Below are positions 36,337 through 48,700 of a stretch of 64,000 nucleotides of DNA, piece by piece (the stretch's first letter is position 1; every line of letters starts with the position of its first letter). The stretch is from contig QPMI01000657.1 of assembly GCA_004431415.1 (NCBI GenBank), positions 186,001 to 250,000 on the forward strand. The letters run 5' to 3'. The translations under genes were made by a program, and so were the position numbers. Source of the DNA: Cyanophora paradoxa CCMP329 (taxonomy: Eukaryota; Plantae; Glaucophyta). A model generated the notes under the pieces. The model was not told where the DNA came from. It was given only the letters and a program-made list of their open reading frames with translations, and ran no database searches.

Positions 36337-38764
36337 CTAAGCCGAGAGGGGCGCCGTGGCGCCGGCCGCGGGCCGCATCACGCCGGCAGGCGGGGCCGGG
36401 AGGGCGGTTCCGGGTCTGGAGGGAGCCGGCGCCGCCAGCTTGGAGGGGAGGTCGACAGGGGCCGCGCGGACGCAGAGGTCCCGCGACGGGACGAGGATCT
36501 CTGCGCGCGCGCGGAAATGCTCAGGCGAGCTCGAGCGAGCTCGAGGCGCGCGCGGCCAAATTACTAAGTTAAAGCCTGGGCGGCGGGGCGGCCGCACCCT
36601 CGCCCCGGCGGATGTCGCGGCTCGCCACCAGGTTGAGCCCGTCGAAGACCTGCCCGTCGCGGGCGAGGCGCGCGCGGTGAGCGGGAGGAACTCCCACGTG
36701 CACCCAGGGCTGCCGCCGGAAATTTAAAATTGAAGGGCGGAATGAATTGCGAACCGCGTTGAACTTCGAGTCGTCGCTCTGCACGTACCTGCGCGAATGC
36801 AAGAAGTTAGCGATTTAAGCAAATGAGACAGAGGCGCGGTGGGGCGGCCGCGGGGCGGGCCGGGGCGCGGCGGGGCGCACTGCCACTTGGCGGCCTTCTC
36901 GCTGGACTCGACGAAGACGAGGGAGGGGGCGCCCCGGTGCGGCGACACGCGGAAGCCCGTCTGGCTCTGCGGCCCGCGGCGCGGGCCGCCGGCCTCGTCA
37001 GCTGCAGGCAATGAACCCGGAGGGGCGGGAGGCCTAGGGGAAGGACCAGCTGGGAGGAGCGGGCGAAGGAGATGGCCGTGTCGACGTGGACCTGCGCCGC
37101 GCCGCGCCCGGGCTCGCTCGAGCTCGGGTGGGCGGGGGCGGCCGCGGGGCGGGCAGGCAGGCAGCTGCAGGAGGGCGGGCGGGCCTTGGAGACGACGGGG
37201 AGGAGCTGGCCCTCGTTGTAGACGACGGTCTCGCCGGCGCGGATTGGGCCCGTCGCGAAGATCCCCAGCGGGCCCTCCCGCGTCCGCATCCGCACCTGCC
37301 GCGCCCTTGAGGCCTAAGCGGGGAAGAGCGGGGGAAATTAAAGGGGGGAGGGGGCGCGGGCCTCGAACTTGGAGCGGCGGCGCTCGTGCGCCCGCAGCGC
37401 CGTCTCCATGATCTGCCCGCGAGGTCGGACCCAGAGTGCGGGGTGGGGGTGGCGGGGCAGACGCGGTCGACGAAGGCGCGGTGGCCCCCGTTGGCGTGCA
37501 GGATCTGGTCCGCAGACTTCCACTCGCTGCGCGGGGGGCGGCGCTCAGCCGCCAAGTCGGGCAGAGGGGGAAGGGGCGGGGAAGGCGGTGGCCATGGGCC
37601 GGGGGCACCTCCGGGGGTAGAAGACCCCGCAGTTCGGGTTGATCTCGAGGAAGAAGATGCGGCCCTGCGGGGGGAAAGGGGAGGTCGATTTGAGACGCTC
37701 CGTCAGAAGATTTGCCTCGGGCTTCAGGGGCGGGCCTCGGGGTCGACGCGGAAGTCGCAGCGGCCGTAGCTGGTGCCGCGGAGGGCGAGGAAGGCCCGCC
37801 GCGCCTCCGCCATCACCCGCGACGCCAGCGCCTCCTCCTCCAGCGCCTTCCACGCCACCTGCCGGGGGGGGGGGGGGGGGGGGGGGGGGGTGGGGGGGAG
37901 GGGGGGACGGTCAGATCTGATCCGATTCGAGGGGTCGGATCGGATCTGATCATGATCTGAGCACCTGGGAGGGGTCAACGAACTTGATCCCGAAGTGCTG
38001 CGCCGCCGGCCGCCACAGGCGTCGGTCCCCGGACGGGGGTGCGGGGCCGCGGCCGGTGCCGGGGGGTACGCGGGAGCGCACCTTGAAGTCCTCCCCGGGG
38101 GGGAAAGAGCACTCGACGGGGCGGTAGACGGTCGGCTGCTCGGGCCGCCCCGGGTCCTCCGCCACCAGCACCGTGAACTCACTGCCGGGATGGTTCCTCG
38201 CGGTCAGGGGCGGGCGGAGAAGTGCGGGGGTACTGGTTCTTTCTAGAGCTGCGCGCTGGGCACCGGCCCGGGATGAACTCCTCGACGAGGACGCCGCCGT
38301 ACTGGGCGAGGAAGGGCGCCGCCTGGTCCCGCAGCTCCTCCGCCGTCCCGCACTTGCTCCGCCTGCCGGCGGCCTTGAGAGATCGGCCTCGACAGCTCAG
38401 GGGGGCGGGTGGGCGGACTTGGACATGCCGATGGAGCCGGAGGAGTTGGGGTGCTTGACGATGACGGGGAAGTGCAGGAGGCGCGCCGCCGCCTCCACGT
38501 CCTCCTCGTCCGCCGCGAAGAAGAACGGCGGCGTCACGATCCCGTGCTGCTGCACGGCGCGGCGCCGGCGGCTCAGGACTTCAGAGGAGGGAAAGAAGGG
38601 CCGGCCGCGGGACGAAGAGGGGTGGGTGCGGGGCGCACCGATGTATTTCACTGCGATAACGAGCGAGCCGGGCCGGGGCGGGCGCATGGGCAGGGCGCAT
38701 GGGCACGAAAATTAAGCTGCGCGCGCACTCTTGTTCTTGGGGAGGCGGTAGAAGTTCGGGTCCG
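36337..38764 (-). CDS. 3' exons of a D-Ala-D-Ala-ligase-like ATP-grasp + degenerate SET-domain fusion gene
   Basis: ATP-grasp: ADPNFYRLPK, VTPPFF, LHFPVIVKHPNSSGSIGM, EFTVLVAE, YGRCDFRV, IFFLEINPNCG. SET: GIFATGPIRAGETV and LNLVASRDIRRGEEILV. The frame stops at 36337. Confidence 0.85.
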
Positions 38765-38797
38765 CTGTTCACGTGCCCGGGGCACGAGAGGGCGGTC

Positions 38798-38835
38798 CAC
38801 TGGGGCTTAAGAAAGTCTGTTTCCCGGGGGAAACA
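38798..38835 (+). repeat. Left TIR
   Basis: CACTGGGGCTTAAGAAAGTCTGTTTCCCGGGGGAAACA. Confidence 0.93.
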
Positions 38836-39732
38836 GTCACATGTTTCCCGGCTAGCCGGGAAACATGCGCCAGTTTCCCGGGAGGTGGGAAACAGAGCTG
38901 TAACCTGGTCGTGAGGCGAGTCAGCAGCGCGGGGACGCAGCGCTGTGCCACTGCGTACGCTGACCTTACCTACATAGCTGAGGATGGCGCCGCAAAGAGC
39001 CGATGGCCAGATTGGCCCGGTTGGCCGTTTGCTGCTGTGACCGGGTTCGTCAAGAAAACGAGCGCGCGCCACCAAAGCGCGCGGTTCAAAGTTGCTTACA
39101 GCTCATTTGGAGACGTTCTAGGCGGCTAAAACGTGTGCTTTGGGGTTGGCGTGGTCCGCCGATCAAATGTTGGGCAGAGCCCGGAACGCATCGGTGGCGC
39201 GCCATTCTGCTGCAGAAATGCTTTGATGTGATCGATAAAGCAAACTCGAGACCCGCGGCTCGCGCCGGAGAGCGATCTGTGTAACGTGCGGGTCGGGAAA
39301 CACCAGGTGGGAAACGCGGGCGAGTTGCATGGCTTGGCCAACCACGTCACTGGCGCTCGCTGGGAGTCCAGAACGACGCCTGTACATCGTCTGGTGCTTA
39401 GATGCAACGCTTAGATGGTTGAATAGCGCCGCTTTTCAACCTGTCTGGCTTGACGACGTCGTGCTGTGTTTCATATCGGACTCCTCCCCCCCCCTTTGAA
39501 GCTGTATCCCTGCTAGCCAGGAAACGTCTGCGCATGCAGCTTTTGCGGGGTTCTTTGAAGTTGCTGTTTCTCGTCCAGGATGCTATGATGCCTAAATGCG
39601 ATGCCGTTCACGTTGTGACTTGAATTCGGCCATGGCTGAGGTGCGACGTACCTTGCGCACATGCATTCGTTTCTTAGGGAAACATCTCGCACCCAATTCC
39701 AAAGCACCGCTAATGATGAATTCTTAGTTCCC

Positions 39733-42700
39733 AACGAGTGCTTAATTCGAAATGAATGATGCTACTGACCTTCGCCGTGCATGCACTCTGATCGGCCGCC
39801 TCACGGCTGGAATCACTGAATCAGAAACGACCCACTTATGCACGCCGCCATCGCCAGAGCCGACCGCCCGAGATGGCGATCATGATCACTCTAGATCAGC
39901 GAGGTGCGGCTCAGGCCGCAAACGAGCAGTTGCAGGAGTTGCAGCTACGATAATGCTAACCGGATTTAGGAAATGGGAGAGCCGCTCGCCCTCCCAGTGC
40001 AGTAGTAGCGACAGTGCGGCAAAGCCGTGATCATGAGTACTGAAAACTAGCTTCCAAGGCTCTCTGCGAGGTTGCCCGCTTTAAACGAGTGCTTAATTCG
40101 ACATGAATGATGCTACTGACCTTCGCCGTGCATGCACTCTGATCGGCCGCCTTACGGCTGGAATCACTGAATCAGCAACGACGTCGACCCATGCCGCCAT
40201 CGCCAGAGCCGACCGCCCGAGATGGCGATCACTCTAGATCAGCGAGGTGCGGCTCAGGCCGCAAACGAGCAGTTGCAGGAGTTGCAGCTACGATAATGCT
40301 AACCGGATTTAGGAAATGGGAGAGCCGCTCGCCCTCCCGGTGCAGTAGTAGCGACAGTGCGGCAAAGCCGTGATCATGAGTACTGAAAACTAGCTTCTCA
40401 GGCTCTCTGCGAGGTTGCCCGCTTTAAACGAGTGCTTAATTCGAAATGAATGATGCTACTGACCTTCGCCGTGCATGCACTCTGATCGGCCGCCTCACGG
40501 CTGGAATCACTGAATCAGAAACGACCCACTTATAATTATGCACGCCGCCATCGCCAGAGCCGACCGCCCGAGATGGCGATCACTCTAGATCAGCGATGTG
40601 CGGCTCAGGCCGCAAACGAGCAGTTGCAGGAGTTGCAGCTACGATAATGCTAACCGGATTTGGGAAATGGGAGAGCCGCTCGCCCTCCCGGTGCAATAGT
40701 AGCGACAGTGCGGCAAAGCCGTGATCATGAGTACTGAAAACTAGCTTCCAAGGCTCTCTGCGAGGTTGCCCGCTTTAAACGAGTGCTTAATTCGACATGA
40801 ATGATGCTACTGACCTTTGCCGTGCATGCACTCTGATCGGCCGCCTCACGGCTGGAATCACTGAATCAGCAACGACGTCGACCCACGCCGCCATCGCCAG
40901 AGCCGACCGCCCGAGATGGCGATCACTCTAGATCAGCGAGGTGCGGCTCAGGCCGCAAACGAGCAGTTGCAGGAGTTGCAGCTACGATAATGCTAACCGG
41001 ATTTGGGAAATGGGAGAGCCGCTCGCCCTCCCGGTGCAATAGTAGCGACAGTGCGGCAAAGCCGTGATCATGAGTACTGAAAACTAGCTTCCAAGGCTCT
41101 CTGCGAGGTTGCCCGCTTTAAACGAGTGCTTAATTCGACATGAATGATGCTACTGACCTTCGCCGTGCATGCACTCTGATCGGCCGCCTTACGGCTGGAA
41201 TCACTGAATCAGAAACGACCCACTTATGCACGCCGCCATCGCCAGAGCCGACCGCCCGAGATGGCGATCATGATCACTCTAGATCAGCGAGGTGCGGCTC
41301 AGGCCGCAAACGAGCAGTTGCAGGAGTTGCAGCTACGATAATGCTAACCGGATTTAGGAAATGGGAGAGCCGCTCGCCCTCCCGGTGCAGTAGTAGGGAC
41401 AGTGCGGCAAAGCCGTGATCATGAGTACTGAAAACTAGCTTCCAAGGCTCTCTGCGAGGTTGCCCGCTTTAAACGAGTGCTTAATTCGAAATGAATGATG
41501 CTACTGACCTTCGCCGTGCATGCACTCTGATCGGCCGCCTCACGGCTGGAATCTCTGAATCAGCAACGACGTCGACCCACGCCGCCATCGCCAGAGCCGA
41601 CCGCCCGAGATGGCGATCACTCTAGATCAGCGAGGTGCGGCTCAGGCCGCAAACGAGCAGTTGCAGGAGTTGCAGCTACGATAATGCTAACCGGATTTGG
41701 GAAATGGGAGAGCCGCTCGCCCTCCCGGTGCAATAGTAGCGACAGTGCGGCAAAGCCGTGATCATGAGTACTGAAAACTAGCTTCCAAGGCTCTCTGCGA
41801 GGTTGCCCGCTTTAAAAGAGTGCTTAATTCGAAATGAATGATGCTACTGACCTTCGCCGTGCATGCACTCTGATCGGCCGCCTCACGGCTGGAATCACTG
41901 AATCAGCAACGACGTCGACCCACGCCGCCATCGCCAGAGCCGACCGCCCGAGATGGCGATCACTCTAGATCAGCGAGGTGCGGCTCAGGCCGCAAACGAG
42001 CAGTTGCAGGAGTTGCAGCTACGATAATGCTAACCGGATTTGGGAAATGGGAGAGCCGCTCGCCCTCCCGGTGCAATAGTAGCGACAGTGCGGCAAAGCC
42101 GTGATCATGAGTACTGAAAACTAGCTTCCAAGGCTCTCTGCGAGGTTGCCCGCTTTAAACGAGTGCTTAATTCGAAATGAATGATGCTACTGACCTTCGC
42201 CGTGCATGCACTCTGATCGGCCGCCTCACGGCTGGAATCACTGAATCAGAAACGACCCACTTATGCACGCCGCCATCGCCAGAGCCGACCGCCCGAGATG
42301 GCGATCACTCTAGATCAGCGAGGTGCGGCTCAGGCCGCAAACGAGCAGTTGCAGGAGTTGCAGCTACGATAATGCTAACCGGATTTAGGAAATGGGAGAG
42401 CCGCTCGCCCTCCGGTGCAATAGTAGCGACAGTGCGGCAAAGCCGCGATCATGAGTACTGAAAACTAGCTTCCAAGGCTCTCTGCGAGGTTGCCCGCTTT
42501 AAACGAGTGCTTAATTCGAAATGAATGATGCTACTGACCTTCGCCGTGCATGCACTCTGATCGGCCGCCTCACGGCTGGAATCACTGAATCAGAAACGAC
42601 CCACTTATGCACGCCGCCATCGCCAGAGCCGACCGCCCGAGATGGCGATCACTCTAGATCAGCGATGTGCGGCTCAGGCCGCAAACGAGCAGTTGCAGGA

Positions 42701-45700
42701 GTTGCAGCTACGATAATGCTAACCGGATTTGGGAAATGGGAGAGCCGCTCGCCCTCCCGGTGCAATAGTAGCGACAGTGCGGCAAAGCCGTGATCATGAG
42801 TACTGAAAACTAGCTTCCAAGGCTCTCTGCGAGGTTGCCCGCTTTAAACGAGTGCTTAATTCGAAATGAATGATGCTACTGACCTTCGCCGTGCATGCAC
42901 TCTGATCGGCCGCCTCACGGCTGGAATCACTGAATCAGAAACGACCCACTTATGCACGCCGCCATCGCCAGAGCCGACCGCCCGAGATGGCGATCACTCT
43001 AGATCAGCGAGGTGCGGCTCAGGCCGCAAACGAGCAGTTGCAGGAGTTGCAGCTACGATAATGCTAACCGGATTTAGGAAATGGGAGAGCCGCTCGCCCT
43101 CCCGGTGCAATAGTAGCGACAGTGCGGCAAAGCCGCGATCATGAGTACTGAAAACTAGCTTCCAAGGCTCTCTGCGAGGTTGCCCGCTTTAAACGAGTGC
43201 TTAATTCGAAATGAATGATGCTACTGACCTTCGCCGTGCATGCACTCTGATCGGCCGCCTCACGGCTGGAATCACTGAATCAGAAACGACCCACTTATGC
43301 ACGCCGCCATCGCCAGAGCCGACCGCCCGAGATGGCGATCACTCTAGATCAGCGAGGTGCGGCTCAGGCCGCAAACGAGCAGTTGCAGGAGTTGCAGCTA
43401 CGATAATGCTAACCGGATTTAGGAAATGGGAGAGCCGCTCGCCCTCCCGGTGCAGTAGTAGCGACAGTGCGGCAAAGCCGCGATCATGAGTACTGAAAAC
43501 TAGCTTCCAAGGCTCTCTGCGAGGTTGCCCGCTTTAAACGAGTGCTTAATTCGAAATGAATGATGCTACTGACCTTCGCCGTGCATGCACTCTGATCGGC
43601 CGCCTCACGGCTGGAATCACTGAATCAGAAACGACCCACTTATGCACGCCGCCATCGCCAGAGCCGACCGCCCGAGATGGCGATCACTCTAGATCAGCGA
43701 GGTGCGGCTCAGGCCGCAAACGAGCAGTTGCAGGAGTTGCAGCTACGATAATGCTAACCGGATTTAGGAAATGGAGAGCCGCTCGCCCTCCGGTGCAATA
43801 GTAGCGACAGTGCGGCAAAGCCGTGATCATGAGTACTGAAAACTAGCTTCCAAGGCTCTCTGCGAGGTTGCCCGCTTTAAACGAGTGCTTAATTCGAAAT
43901 GAATGATGCTACTGACCTTCGCCGTGCATGCACTCTGATCGGCCGCCTCACGGCTGGAATCACTGAATCAGAAACGACCCACTTATGCACGCCGCCATCG
44001 CCAGAGCCGACCGCCCGAGATGGCGATCACTCTAGATCAGCGAGGTGCGGCTCAGGCCGCAAACGCGCAGTTGCAGGAGTTGCAGCTACGATAATGCTAA
44101 CCGGATTTAGGAAATGGGAGAGCCGCTCGCCCTCCCGGTGCAGTAGTAGCGACAGTGCGGCAAAGCCGTGATCATGAGTACTGAAAACTAGCTTCCAAGG
44201 CTCTCTGCGAGGTTGCCCGCTTTAAACGAGTGCTTAATTCGAAATGAATGATGCTACTGACCTTCGCCGTGCATGCACTCTGATCGGCCGCCTCACGGCT
44301 GGAATCACTGAATCAGAAACGACCCACTTATGCACGCCGCCATCGCCAGAGCCGACCGCCCGAGATGGCGATCACTCTAGATCAGCGAGGTGCGGCTCAG
44401 GCCGCAAACGAGCAGTTGCAGGAGTTGCAGCTACGATAATGCTAACCGGATTTAGGAAATGGGAGAGCCGCTCGCCCTCCCGGTGCAGTAGTAGCGACAG
44501 TGCGGCAAAGCCGTGATCATGAGTACTGAAAACTAGCTTCCAAGGCTCTCTGCGAGGTTGCCCGCTTTAAACGAGTGCTTAATTCGAAATGAATGATGCT
44601 ACTGACCTTCGCCGTGCATGCACTCTGATCGGCCGCCTCACGGCTGGAATCACTGAATCAGAAACGACCCACTTATGCACGCCGCCATCGCCAGAGCCGA
44701 CCGCCCGAGATGGCGATCACTCTAGATCAGCGAGGTGCGGCTCAGGCCGCAAACGAGCAGTTGCAGGAGTTGCAGCTACGATAATGCTAACCGGATTTAG
44801 GAAATGGGAGAGCCGCTCGCCCTCCCGGTGCAGTAGTAGTGACAGTGCGGCAAAGCCGTGATCATGAGTACTGAAAACTAGCTTCCAAGGCTCTCTGCGA
44901 GGTTGCCCGCTTTAAACGAGTGCTTAATTCGAAATGAATGATGCTACTGACCTTCGCCGTGCATGCACTCTGATCGGCCGCCTCACGGCTGGAATCACTG
45001 AATCAGAAACGACCCACTTATGCACGCCGCCATCGCCAGAGCCGACCGCCCGAGATGGCGATCACTCTAGATCAGCGAGGTGCGGCTCAGGCCGCAAACG
45101 AGCAGTTGCAGGAGTTGCAGCTACGATAATGCTAACCGGATTTGGGAAATGGAGAGCCGCTCGCCCTCCGGTGCAGTAGTAGCGACAGTGCGGCAAAGCC
45201 GCGATCATGAGTACTGAAAACTAGCTTCCAAGGCTCTCTGCGAGGTTGCCCGCTTTAAACGAGTGCTTAATTCGAAATGAATGATGCTACTGACCTTCGC
45301 CGTGCATGCACTCTGATCGGCCGCCTCACGGCTGGAATCACTGAATCAGAAACGACCCACTTATGCACGCCGCCATCGCCAGAGCCGACCGCCCGAGATG
45401 GCGATCACTCTAGATCAGCGAGGTGCGGCTCAGGCCGCAAACGAGCAGTTGCAGGAGTTGCAGCTACGATAATGCTAACCGGATTTAGGAAATGGGAGAG
45501 CCGCTCGCCCTCCCGGTGCAGTAGTAGCGACAGTGCGGCAAAGCCGCGATCATGAGTACTGAAAACTAGCTTCCAAGGCTCTCTGCGAGGTTGCCCGCTT
45601 TAAACGAGTGCTTAATTCGAAATGAATGATGCTACTGACCTTCGCCGTGCATGCACTCTGATCGGCCGCCTCACGGCTGGAATCACTGAATCAGAAACGA

Positions 45701-48700
45701 CCCACTTATGCACGCCGCCATCGCCAGAGCCGACCGCCCGAGATGGCGATCACTCTAGATCAGCGAGGTGCGGCTCAGGCCGCAAACGAGCAGTTGCAGG
45801 AGTTGCAGCTACGATAATGCTAACCGGATTTGGGAAATGGAGAGCCGCTCGCCTCCCGGTGCAATAGTAGCGACAGTGCGGCAAAGCCGTGATCATGAGT
45901 ACTGAAAACTAGCTTCCAAGGCTCTCTGCGAGGTTGCCCGCTTTAAACGAGTGCTTAATTCGAAATGAATGATGCTACTGACCTTCGCCGTGCATGCACT
46001 CTGATCGGCCGCCTCACGGCTGGAATCACTGAATCAGAAACGACCCACTTATGCACGCCGCCATCGCCAGAGCCGACCGCCCGAGATGGCGATCACTCTA
46101 GATCAGCGAGGTGCGGCTCAGGCCGCAAACGCGCAGTTGCAGGAGTTGCAGCTACGATAATGCAAACCGGATTTAGGAAATGGGAGAGCCGCTCGCCCTC
46201 CGGTGCAGTAGTAGCGACAGTGCGGCAAAGCCGTGATCATGAGTACTGAAAACTAGCTTCCAAGGCTCTCTGCGAGGTTGCCCGCTTTAAACGAGTGCTT
46301 AATTCGAAATGAATGATGCTACTGACCTTCGCCGTGCATGCACTCTGATCGGCCGCCTCACGGCTGGAATCACTGAATCAGAAACGACCCACTTATGCAC
46401 GCCGCCATCGCCAGAGCCGACCGCCCGAGATGGCGATCACTCTAGATCAGCGAGGTGCGGCTCAGGCCGCAAACGAGCAGTTGCAGGAGTTGCAGCTACG
46501 ATAATGCTAACCGGATTTAGGAAATGGGAGAGCCGCTCGCCCTCCCGGTGCAATAGTAGCGACAGTGCGGCAAAGCCGTGATCATGAGTACTGAAAACTA
46601 GCTTCCAAGGCTCTCTGCGAGGTTGCCCGCTTTAAACGAGTGCTTAATTCGAAATGAATGATGCTACTGACCTTCGCCGTGCATGCACTCTGATCGGCCG
46701 CCTCACGGCTGGAATCACTGAATCAGAAACGACCCACTTATGCACGCCGCCATCGCCAGAGCCGACCGCCCGAGATGGCGATCACTCTAGATCAGCGAGG
46801 TGCGGCTCAGGCCGCAAACGCGCAGTTGCAGGAGTTGCAGCTACGATAATGCAAACCGGATTTAGGAAATGGGAGAGCCGCTCGCCCTCCCGGTGCAGTA
46901 GTAGCGACAGTGCGGCAAAGCCGTGATCATGAGTACTGAAAACTAGCTTCCAAGGCTCTCTGCGAGGTTGCCCGCTTTAAACGAGTGCTTAATTCGAAAT
47001 GAATGATGCTACTGACCTTCGCCGTGCATGCACTCTGATCGGCCGCCTCACGGCTGGAATCACTGAATCAGAAACGACCCACTTATGCACGCCGCCATCG
47101 CCAGAGCCGACCGCCCGAGATGGCGATCACTCTAGATCAGCGAGGTGCGGCTCAGGCCGCAAACGAGCAGTTGCAGGAGTTGCAGCTACGATAATGCTAA
47201 CCGGATTTGGGAAATGGGAGAGCCGCTCGCCCTCCCGGTGCAGTAGTAGTGACAGTGCGGCAAAGCCGTGATCATGAGTACTGAAAACTAGCTTCCAAGG
47301 CTCTCTGCGAGGTTGCCCGCTTTAAACGAGTGCTTAATTCGAAATGAATGATGCTACTGACCTTCGCCGTGCATGCACTCTGATCGGTCGCCTCACGGCT
47401 GGAATCACTGAATCAGAAACGACCCACTTATGCACGCCGCCATCGCCAGAGCCGACCGCCCGAGATGGCGATCACTCTAGATCAGCGAGGTGCGGCTCAG
47501 GCCGCAAACGCGCAGTTGCAGGAGTTGCAGCTACGATAATGCAAACCGGATTTAGGAAATGGGAGAGCCGCTCGCCCTCCCGGTGCAGTAGTAGCGACAG
47601 TGCGGCAAAGCCGTGATCATGAGTACTGAAAACTAGCTTCCAAGGCTCTCTGCGAGGTTGCCCGCTTTAAACGAGTGCTTAATTCGAAATGAATGATGCT
47701 ACTGACCTTCGCCGTGCATGCACTCTGATCGGCCGCCTCACGGCTGGAATTACTGAATCAGAAACGACCCACTTATGCACGCCGCCATCGCCAGAGCCGA
47801 CCGCCCGAGATGGCGATCACTCTAGATCAGCGAGGTGCGGCTCAGGCCGCAAACGAGCAGTTGCAGGAGTTGCAGCTACGATAATGCTAACCGGATTTAG
47901 GAAATGGGAGAGCCGCTCGCGCTCCCGGTGCAGTAGTAGCGACAGTGCGGCAAAGCCGTGATCATGAGTACTGAAAACTAGCTTCCAAGGCTCTCTGCGA
48001 GGTTGCCCGCTTTAAACGAGTGCTTAATTCGAAATGAATGATGCTACTGACCTTCGCCGTGCATGCACTCTGATCGGCCGCCTCACGGCTGGAATCACTG
48101 AATCAGAAACGACCCACTTATGCACGCCGCCATCGCCAGAGCCGACCGCCCGAGATGGCGATCACTCTAGATCAGCGAGGTGCGGCTCAGGCCGCAAACG
48201 AGCAGTTGCAGGAGTTGCAGCTACGATAATGCTAACCGGATTTAGGAAATGGGAGAGCCGCTCGCCCTCCCGGTGCAGTAGTAGTGACAGTGCGGCAAAG
48301 CCGTGATCATGAGTACTGAAAACTAGCTTCCAAGGCTCTCTGCGAGGTTGCCCGCTTTAAACGAGTGCTTAATTCGAAATGAATGATGCTACTGACCTTC
48401 GCCGTGCATGCACTCTGATCGGCCGCCTCACGGCTGGAATCACTGAATCAGAAACGACCCACTTATGCACGCCGCCATCGCCAGAGCCGACCGCCCGAGA
48501 TGGCGATCACTCTAGATCAGCGAGGTGCGGCTCAGGCCGCAAACGAGCAGTTGCAGGAGTTGCAGCTACGATAATGCTAACCGGATTTGGGAAATGGGAG
48601 AGCCGCTCGCCCTCCCGGTGCAGTAGTAGTGACAGTGCGGCAAAGCCGTGATCATGAGTACTGAAAACTAGCTTCCAAGGCTCTCTGCGAGGTTGCCCGC

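Noticed and set aside
36337-38764. Assigning the gene symbol ddl
   Set aside because: EINPNCG motif and SET fusion differ from canonical D-Ala-D-Ala ligases; the substrate is unknown.
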